Part shown: piece by piece, positions 49,844-56,386 of the stretch
Numbering within the stretch: position 1 is the stretch's first letter
How the letters are laid out: every line of letters begins with the position of its first letter
From: an uncultured Flavobacteriales bacterium
GTDB taxonomy: Bacteria > Bacteroidota > Bacteroidia > Flavobacteriales_C > GCA-002722245
Direction: 5' to 3'
Assembly: GCA_905182585.1 (NCBI GenBank)
Contig: CAJJCC010000028.1
Coordinates: 1-56,386 of the forward strand
DNA: 56,386 nt
Made by a program: the position numbers and the translations under genes
The notes under the pieces: generated by a model
Seen by the model: the letters and a program-made list of their open reading frames with translations, nothing else
Databases searched by the model: none
What the model was told of the DNA's origin: nothing

Positions 49844-50857
49844 ATGATGAGAAAATCTAAAATTCTTCTTATTTATACTGGTGGTACTATTGGAATGATG
49901 AAATCTGATGAAGAAAAGTATGTTCCGTTTTCGGTGGATAATTTATTGAAATATATTCCTCGGATTCATCAACTTCCTATTGATATTGCGATAGAATCGT
50001 TTGAAAAACCGTTAGATTCCTCGGCAATTGGTCCTGAGGGATGGTTGAAATTGGTAAGTATCATAAAATCTCGATACAACGAATTTGATGGTTTTGTGGT
50101 ACTTCATGGAACAGACACTATGGCTTATTCAGCAAGTGCATTGGGATTTTTATTAAACGGTTTAAATAAGGCTGTTGTTTTTACGGGATCTCAACTTCCG
50201 ATTAGTGAAGTTAGGAGTGATGCGCGCGATAACTTGATTACTGCTATTGAGATTTCTGCCTCCCAAAAAGTACCAGAGGTATCTATTTTATTCGACAACA
50301 ACCTTTACCGAGGTGTAAGGAGTACGAAAAAAAATGTCGAAAATTTTGATGCTTTTGATTCTCCTAATTTTCCTGTTTTAGCAACTGCAGGAGTGAATAT
50401 TAAATATAATTTAAACCAAGTTTTTAAGTCTGAAAAGGAAGTGTCTTTTTTTAAGAAAGTAAATCAAAATGTAGCTTCAATTAAATTGTTCCCAGGAATG
50501 AACTTTGAATTCTATATTCCAATGCTAGAGCAACCTGAATTGCAAGGGTTGGTTTTAGAAGTGTTTGGATCAGGCACGGTATCCTTTAATAAGGAGCAGT
50601 TTTTTTCTTTTTACAAAGCATTAAAACACGCTATAGAAAGAGGTGTGCTTGTGATGGCTATTTCTCAGTGCTTAAAAGGCGCGTTAGATATTAGCCGATA
50701 TGAAGCAAGTTCTATATTACTTGAGTTAAATGTAATCTCAGGGAGAGACTTAACACTTGAAGCCGCAGTTTCAAAAATGATGATTGGACTCGCTAATTTT
50801 GATGATACAAAATCAGTTAAAGATTATTTAATAAAGAATCAGTGTGGTGAGTTTTAA
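49844..50857 (+). CDS. ansA: L-asparaginase type I
   Basis: YTGGTIGM, DSS, HGTDTMAY, TGSQLP, SQC motifs; no signal peptide. Confidence 0.93.
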   Translation: MMRKSKILLIYTGGTIGMMKSDEEKYVPFSVDNLLKYIPRIHQLPIDIAIESFEKPLDSSAIGPEGWLKLVSIIKSRYNEFDGFVVLHGTDTMAYSASALGFLLNGLNKAVVFTGSQLPISEVRSDARDNLITAIEISASQKVPEVSILFDNNLYRGVRSTKKNVENFDAFDSPNFPVLATAGVNIKYNLNQVFKSEKEVSFFKKVNQNVASIKLFPGMNFEFYIPMLEQPELQGLVLEVFGSGTVSFNKEQFFSFYKALKHAIERGVLVMAISQCLKGALDISRYEASSILLELNVISGRDLTLEAAVSKMMIGLANFDDTKSVKDYLIKNQCGEF

Positions 50858-50939
50858 AGGTGCTTTAATAACTCAAATGGGAAATTCTTTTTCCTTTTTA
50901 ATCCAGGCCGATTAGTTTTCAATCAAATGTTTTTTTTGT

Positions 50940-50971
50940 AATTTTCATCGATTTCTAATCGGATGAAAATT
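50940..50971. terminator. Hairpin between convergent ansA and ATL genes
   Basis: AATTTTCATC-GATT-TCT-AATC-G-GATGAAAATT. Confidence 0.4.
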
Positions 50972-51051
50972 TCAATTATTCCGGTAGGAATTAAACTTTT
51001 TTTTCGTTGATTAGGCTTGTCTGTTTAATTCCTCAACAACATATAAAGCCA

Positions 51052-51405
51052 TTAGTAATCCAATTCTTTAGGGTCCCAAAAGATATTTTCGAAATCTTGA
51101 ATTTGATCATTGATAATTAAAACCCCTTCACTTTTTAATTTGTTTTCCATTTCGGTTGGCGTATTAAAATGATTTTTGCCGGTGAGAAGACCGTTCCGGT
51201 TAACTACACGATGTGCAGGGATAGTGCTTTTTAAACTATGTGAAGCATTCATAGCATAACCAACCATTCTGCTACTTTTTGCAGCACTTAAGTATTTTGC
51301 AATGGCTCCATACGAGGTTACCCTGCCAAAAGGTATTTGTGCCGCCACTTGAAAAACCTGTTTGAAAAAGTCGGGTTTGGAATCGTCATAATAATCCTTG
51401 TTCAT
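51052..51405 (-). CDS. Alkyltransferase-like (ATL/YbaZ, MGMT family) DNA-binding protein
   Basis: IPFGRVTSYGAIA, SRMVGYAM; PAHRVV where catalytic enzymes have PCHRV. Confidence 0.88.
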   Translation of the reverse strand: MNKDYYDDSKPDFFKQVFQVAAQIPFGRVTSYGAIAKYLSAAKSSRMVGYAMNASHSLKSTIPAHRVVNRNGLLTGKNHFNTPTEMENKLKSEGVLIINDQIQDFENIFWDPKELDY

Positions 51406-51475
51406 TAATGTTTATTTGAAATAAATTTCGAACAGTTATAATTTCAATATTATTAGTAAGGATTTTTATAAAAAC

Positions 51476-52177
51476 TTATGAAGTTAATTTATCTAAGAAA
51501 TACTCAATATATTTAATGGTTTTACCTTCCTCTAACCACATTTTCTCGTAAAACGTCTTTAGAGCTAATTCTTTACCTAATTTAGTTTCTGAGTTTTCAG
51601 GTGTGTATTTCACGTAAATATCATCACATTCGAAAGAAAGCTCAAGTCCTTCTTCTTTTATGACTTCTCTTGTGAATTCATAAAAGAAATCACTGTCTGT
51701 TTTCAACCTTAATTTCCCACCAGGTTTAAGTACTTGCTTATACCTCCCAAGGAAAAGTTTGTTTGTTAATCTTTTTCTTCGACGGTTTTTATTCGGTTGA
51801 GGGTCTGGAAAAGTAATCCAAAGTTCATCCACTTCACCTTCGGCAAAACAGTTGATAATAAAATCGATACGAGTTCTTAAAAAACCAACGTTTGTTAAGT
51901 CTTTCTCAATCGCTTTTGTAGCACCTTTCCAAATTCGATTTCCTTTAATATCAATCCCGATAAAGTTTCTGTCTGGATACATTTCTGCCATTCCAACAGT
52001 ATATTCACCGCCACCACAAGCTAGCTCAACAGTAAGAGGATTGTCGTTTTTAAAAAAGTCTTTATGCCATTTACCTTTTAGTGGAATAGAACCTAATCTG
52101 GCTTCATCCATACTTGGCTCAACACAGTTTGCATAATCAGCAAGCATTGCGAATTTTTCTAATTTCCCTTTACTCAT
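51476..52177 (-). CDS. trmB: tRNA (guanine-N7)-methyltransferase
   Basis: ELACGGGEY, FIGIDIKG.R, WITFPDP, LKTD, TFYE. Start revised to ATG 52177. Confidence 0.93.
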   Translation of the reverse strand: MSKGKLEKFAMLADYANCVEPSMDEARLGSIPLKGKWHKDFFKNDNPLTVELACGGGEYTVGMAEMYPDRNFIGIDIKGNRIWKGATKAIEKDLTNVGFLRTRIDFIINCFAEGEVDELWITFPDPQPNKNRRRKRLTNKLFLGRYKQVLKPGGKLRLKTDSDFFYEFTREVIKEEGLELSFECDDIYVKYTPENSETKLGKELALKTFYEKMWLEEGKTIKYIEYFLDKLTS

Positions 52178-52178
52178 A

Positions 52179-52868
52179 TTAAAAGTTTCGATTTGTTGGA
52201 CGAACAATTATTTGCTCAAAATTAGCGCCTTTTGATGAATTGATAACCATTTTAATTGTATTAACAATGTCAGCTGGTTGGACAAAGTCTTGTTTTGGAG
52301 CATCAATACCATCCCAAGATGAAGTATTTATTGATCCAGGAATTACTTCGGTAACCTTAACACCGTAGTCTTTCAATTCGTCGCAAAGTAATTTTGTATA
52401 ACCTTGAAGCGCAAATTTTGAAATAGTATAAGCTGCAATATCTTTTCTTGGTTGCTCAGTAACAATTGACCCGATATTTATTATCGACCCCGATTGTTGA
52501 TTTTTAAAATCATTTAAATAAGCCTGCGTAATGTTAAAGGTGGCTTTGAAATTTACGTTTAATAGTTTTTCAACCTGTTTAATTTTAGTGGTGCTTAATT
52601 CACCCACCTCAAATGAACCCACATTATTAATCAATACATCAACAGATTTGAAATCTTTTTTTAATTGAGTAATCAATTTTTCAATTTCTCGAGGAATTGA
52701 AAAATCACAACTATAAGTGGTTACATTTTCGTAAGCAAGTTCTGCTTTTGCTTTGTTCAGTCTATCTTGGTCTTTTGCTATTAAGGCAATTTTACCATTG
52801 AAAGATTTGGCCATTTCAGCAATCTCAAATCCTAATCCGCGACTTCCGCCTGTAATAATGAAATTCAT
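52179..52868 (-). CDS. SDR family oxidoreductase
   Basis: TGGSRGLG, LINNVG, NIGS, YTISK (YxxxK). Start revised to ATG 52868. Confidence 0.9.
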   Translation of the reverse strand: MNFIITGGSRGLGFEIAEMAKSFNGKIALIAKDQDRLNKAKAELAYENVTTYSCDFSIPREIEKLITQLKKDFKSVDVLINNVGSFEVGELSTTKIKQVEKLLNVNFKATFNITQAYLNDFKNQQSGSIINIGSIVTEQPRKDIAAYTISKFALQGYTKLLCDELKDYGVKVTEVIPGSINTSSWDGIDAPKQDFVQPADIVNTIKMVINSSKGANFEQIIVRPTNRNF

Positions 52869-52921
52869 AATTGTGTTTTCAAAAGAAAGAATAAAAATAT
52901 AAGTATAAATTTGAACTACCG

Positions 52922-53935
52922 TTGGAAGAGAAGAAAAAAATATTATTTGGAGTTTTAAATTGGGGCCTAGGTCACGCAACTAGAAGCTGGGAACTTATTA
53001 ATAAGTACGTCCTTGCAGGGCATGAGGTTGTTTTAGCGAGTGATGGAGTAGCTGCCGAATTTTTATCTGCTGAATTTCCTTTGTTAAAAATAATTAGTCT
53101 TCCAAGTTATAACATTAAGTATGGTAAAGGGGCAGGATTGGTACAAATGCTATTTAACGCACTAAGAACCAACCGCGCTGTTGTTGCAGAGAAAAAGTTT
53201 TTAGACGACTATTTAAGCAAAAATGAATTTGATTTAATTGTTAGTGATAACAGGTATGGACTTTTTAGTGACTCGGTTAAATCGATTATTATCACCCATC
53301 AATTAAACATCAAAGTACCATTTGGCAGTAAAGCTGTTAATTGGCAAAATCATAAATGGTTGAATAGATTTGACGAAGTATGGGTTCCTGATAAAAATGC
53401 AGAACTATCTGGAGAATTAACCCATCCAATTCCACATGGGATTAATAAACCAGTTAAGGAAATAGGCTTATTATCAAGATTTAAAAACTTAAATCAAACA
53501 AAAGGTCAGGAGATTGATGTGCTTGCTATTGTTTCAGGGCCAGAGCCTCAAAAGACAATTTTGGTAAAAAAACTTCAACAAATTTTTGAAGAATCACGTT
53601 ATAAAACGGTGATATACACTGGAGAAGTTAACTTGAGAAAAACAATCAAAAAAGGAAATCTAACCATTAAAAGTCATGCTGAAACAAACGATTTTTATAA
53701 AGATTTGTTAACGGCTGAAGTTGTTATTGGAAGGTCGGGATACAGTAGTTTGATGGATTATAGCGTAATGAAAAAGAACTTTATAACTATCCCAACTCCT
53801 GGGCAAGATGAACAATTATATTTAGCAAAGATGTTGTCAAAAAAAGGAATTCCTGTACTTTTACAAAGCGAATTAAGCAAAGAGAAAGTAGAGCAGGCGA
53901 TTCAAAAAGCACAACTTTACAATAGCACAAAATAG
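52922..53935 (+). CDS. GT-B glycosyltransferase (GT28-like C-terminal domain)
   Basis: LNWGLGHATR, SDNRYG, SGPEPQ, RSGYSSLMD, IPTPGQDEQ. TAAATTTG box at 52906-52913. Confidence 0.85.
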   Translation: MEEKKKILFGVLNWGLGHATRSWELINKYVLAGHEVVLASDGVAAEFLSAEFPLLKIISLPSYNIKYGKGAGLVQMLFNALRTNRAVVAEKKFLDDYLSKNEFDLIVSDNRYGLFSDSVKSIIITHQLNIKVPFGSKAVNWQNHKWLNRFDEVWVPDKNAELSGELTHPIPHGINKPVKEIGLLSRFKNLNQTKGQEIDVLAIVSGPEPQKTILVKKLQQIFEESRYKTVIYTGEVNLRKTIKKGNLTIKSHAETNDFYKDLLTAEVVIGRSGYSSLMDYSVMKKNFITIPTPGQDEQLYLAKMLSKKGIPVLLQSELSKEKVEQAIQKAQLYNSTK

Positions 53936-53936
53936 T

Positions 53937-54683
53937 ATGAAAAAGTTATTAGGAGAATATATAGGGACGCTATGTTTAACGTTTATTGGATGTAGTACTG
54001 TAGCTATTGCTGTTTTATACAGTTCGTTTTCGTCCATCGTACCCATTGCCTTAATTTGGGGTGCAGGAGTTACTTTAGCAATTTATATATCAAAGGGATA
54101 CTCAAGCGCACACCTTAATCCTGCTGTCTCTTTTGGGTTTTATGTGCTAAAAAGAATAAGTTTAAAAGAGCTTTTAAGTTATTTTGTGGTTCAGTTTTTA
54201 GGAGGATTGACAGCTGGTGTCTTTGTGTTTTTAACTTTTCGTGCAGATATTATTTTGTTTGATCTTCCCGGAGGAGAACTTAGCGTGGCTACTGCATCTA
54301 TTTTTGGAGAATTCTTTCCTAATCCAGGATATAAGGATTTAGAAGGGCAAGTATCTGTTTTAGAAGCATGTTTATTTGAAGCTGTTGGAACGTTTCTTTT
54401 AATGTTATCAATTCTAATTGTAACCACACTAAAAAGTACTCAGAAATTCGCGCCAATTTTAATTGGCTTATGTGTTGCAGGATTAATAATAATAATTGCT
54501 CCTTTTACACAATGTGGGATGAATCCAGCACGAGATTTTGGACCAAGAATCGCTGCTTATTTTCTACAATGGGGTGCTGTAGCTTTTCCTAAACCGTCGT
54601 TTAGCTTTTTTACCGTTTACATTTTATCTCCTGTTTTAGGTGCTGGCTTATCAGCCCTTATTTTTAAAGCCCTTAAAAAGTAA
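53937..54683 (+). CDS. glpF: MIP channel, aquaglyceroporin (GlpF-type)
   Basis: SAHLNPAVS and GMNPARDFGPR; NPARD is the glyceroporin signature. Confidence 0.85.
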   Translation: MKKLLGEYIGTLCLTFIGCSTVAIAVLYSSFSSIVPIALIWGAGVTLAIYISKGYSSAHLNPAVSFGFYVLKRISLKELLSYFVVQFLGGLTAGVFVFLTFRADIILFDLPGGELSVATASIFGEFFPNPGYKDLEGQVSVLEACLFEAVGTFLLMLSILIVTTLKSTQKFAPILIGLCVAGLIIIIAPFTQCGMNPARDFGPRIAAYFLQWGAVAFPKPSFSFFTVYILSPVLGAGLSALIFKALKK

Positions 54684-54744
54684 CCCTTCCGAAAAATCAG
54701 CTGTTTTATTTACTTGGTAACCAATGAGGTAGATCTACGTAATA

Positions 54745-55260
54745 TTGGGTAGTTTTAAAATAAATTGGTTGAAAATATCAAACATTACATATAGAATTAT
54801 CGTATTCTTTGCAATTACTGCTGGTGCATTGGCATTTGTATCTTATCTCGGGTCATCTGATTTCGCTAAGAAGTTTGAATTAATTACAGGCTCAAATTTT
54901 AGTAATAAAACGCCAGTTTTAGTTTTTTTAATTGGAGGTTTAGCAAATTTATATTTTGCAATATATCGTTTTTGGAGTTGTACAAACTCTCGCCTGAACC
55001 ATTACTACATAATGCTGTCCGCAGCTATGGTGATTATTTCTACATTTGTATTGATTATTTGGTTGCTCGATGTAAAATCACTTATTGAATTTGAGTTTTT
55101 AAGTATTAATTTCCCAACGAATGTTGACGTTGCAACAAGAAATGTAAGAAGTTCATTGGTAAGTAGTATAATCGCTATGTTTGCTGTGTTTTCGGCAATT
55201 GGAACAGTTGCTTGCGTGCTTTCCGTGGCACACTTTCGATACATATCTAAATCGGACTAG
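54745..55260 (+). CDS. Hypothetical 4-TM membrane protein
   Basis: 171 open codons with four hydrophobic segments; TTG start; no family recognised. Confidence 0.6.
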   Translation: MGSFKINWLKISNITYRIIVFFAITAGALAFVSYLGSSDFAKKFELITGSNFSNKTPVLVFLIGGLANLYFAIYRFWSCTNSRLNHYYIMLSAAMVIISTFVLIIWLLDVKSLIEFEFLSINFPTNVDVATRNVRSSLVSSIIAMFAVFSAIGTVACVLSVAHFRYISKSD

Positions 55261-55358
55261 TTCTTAAAAATCATCTTTTTCCCCAATTCTTGTTTAAAAC
55301 TGTTGAATAGAGTGGCGGAAATATCTTAGATTTGCTAGTTGAATCGAAATAATTCAAA

Positions 55359-56386
55359 ATGGACAAATTTACATTTGTAGGTAATGCAGACGTAAACGCA
55401 GTATCAGCGTTATACGAGCAGTTTCTTCAAGACCCAAATCAGGTAGACGAGACTTGGCAGCAGTTTTTTGCAGGTTTTGATTTTGCAAAAGAGAATTTTG
55501 ACAGCGATGTTCCAGAGAATGTTCTAAAAGAATTTAAAGTTCTTGAGTTAATCGGTGCCTACAGAAAATGTGGTCACTTGTTCACGGATACCAACCCAGT
55601 TAGAGAGCGACGTAAGTACTCTCCAACAATGGATATTGAAAACTTTGGTTTAGAAAAAACCGATTTAGAATCAGTATACCAAGCGGGATCTCAAATTGGA
55701 GTTGGAGCAGCAAAGTTAAAAGACATCATTGCACATCTTGAAGCGATTTACTGTGAAAGTATTGGGGTTGAGTATACTTACATTAGAAAGCCAGAGGAGG
55801 TAGAATGGTTAAGAGGGAAAATTGAATCTGGAAAAAACAGAACTCAGTTCTCTCTGCCACAAAAGCAACAAATCTTAAAAAAGCTGAATCAAGCGGTTGT
55901 TTTCGAACAATTTCTTGATAAGAAATATGTTGGCCAAAAACGGTTCTCTTTACAGGGTGCCGAGGTTTTAATTCCAGCGTTAGATTCTATCGTTGAAAAA
56001 GGAGCTGAACTGGGAGTTGACGAATTTATTTTCGGAATGGCGCACCGAGGAAGGTTAAATGTTTTAGCAAATATTTTTTACAAAACATATAAAGAAATTT
56101 TCGCTGAATTTGCGAGTAAGGATTTCGAAGATGAAGATCTTGGTTTTGACGGAGATGTTAAATATCATTTAGGATATACTTGTGACATCAAAACTGATGC
56201 AGGTAAAGATATTAAAATGACATTGGCTCCTAATCCTTCTCACTTAGAAGCGGTTGATCCAGTTGTTGGAGGTATTGCAAGAGCAAAACTAGATAAGGAA
56301 TACGGTAACGACGGAACGAAAGTTTGTCCAGTTATGATTCACGGTGATGCAGCAATTGCTGGTCAAGGAATCGTATATGAAGTAAT
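55359..56386 (+). CDS. sucA: 2-oxoglutarate dehydrogenase E1 (5' part, runs off the window; absent from the ORF track)
   Basis: ATG 55359 MDKFTFVGNADVNAVSALYEQFLQDP..W..FF; GQKRFSLQG, GMAHRGRLNVL, GDVKYHLG, NPSHLEAV, HGDAA.AGQG. TAGATTTG box at 55327-55334. Confidence 0.96.
   Translation, partial: MDKFTFVGNADVNAVSALYEQFLQDPNQVDETWQQFFAGFDFAKENFDSDVPENVLKEFKVLELIGAYRKCGHLFTDTNPVRERRKYSPTMDIENFGLEKTDLESVYQAGSQIGVGAAKLKDIIAHLEAIYCESIGVEYTYIRKPEEVEWLRGKIESGKNRTQFSLPQKQQILKKLNQAVVFEQFLDKKYVGQKRFSLQGAEVLIPALDSIVEKGAELGVDEFIFGMAHRGRLNVLANIFYKTYKEIFAEFASKDFEDEDLGFDGDVKYHLGYTCDIKTDAGKDIKMTLAPNPSHLEAVDPVVGGIARAKLDKEYGNDGTKVCPVMIHGDAAIAGQGIVYEV

Noticed and set aside
15694-52979. N-terminal extensions in the ORF track (siaB 15694, pseudouridine synthase 24559, barrel 25253, accC 36684, trmB 52207, SDR 52979; also RDD 2139)
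   Set aside because: The extensions are not family-like and run through promoter boxes, terminators or neighbouring genes; downstream starts fit better.
889-55244. Numerous 60-120 aa ORFs antisense to or nested in long genes (e.g. 889-1125, 19290-19646, 34177-34515, 45937-46290, 48228-48533)
   Set aside because: They are shadows of well-supported genes, with no recognisable motifs or initiation context.
1-56386. Prophage, transposase, integrase, defence system, tRNA or rRNA genes
   Set aside because: No such protein motifs in any ORF and no tRNA- or rRNA-like sequence seen in the spacers.

Overview
AT-rich bacterial chromosome segment, very likely Bacteroidota/Flavobacteriales. This rests on SprA, T9SS sorting domains, TAnnTTTG promoter boxes, A-rich Shine-Dalgarno-less start regions and the maeB-ruvA-sprA and yceD-rpmF-plsX-fabH-accB-accC syntenies. 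It is mostly housekeeping DNA: argA-like GNAT, an RDD/SpoIIM/DUF4129/DUF4350/MoxR/DUF58 cluster, a propeller-SpoIIE sensor phosphatase, gltA, siaB/siaC, mgtE, comF, aspS, tadA, queG, MBOAT+ACP, a T9SS type-B cargo, pepA, pdxA, fatty-acid genes, sprA, ruvA, maeB, cobB, ansA, trmB, glpF and the 5' part of sucA. I see no rRNA, tRNA, CRISPR, transposase or phage genes. The best signals lie outside the ORF track. (1) A 25-codon Arg-rich leader ORF sits between a promoter box and the argA-like gene, a candidate arginine-sensing ribosome-stalling regulator with no classical terminator. (2) A tandem array of REP-like palindromes lies just downstream of that gene. (3) An orphan multi-hairpin, terminator-ended element next to the ACP gene is complementary to typical Bacteroidota start-codon regions (candidate sRNA). 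(4) siaC carries both a frameshift and a nonsense codon beside an intact siaB kinase and a SpoIIE phosphatase. (5) Several intergenic spacers read as decayed genes. All family assignments come from motif recognition by eye; no database search was run.
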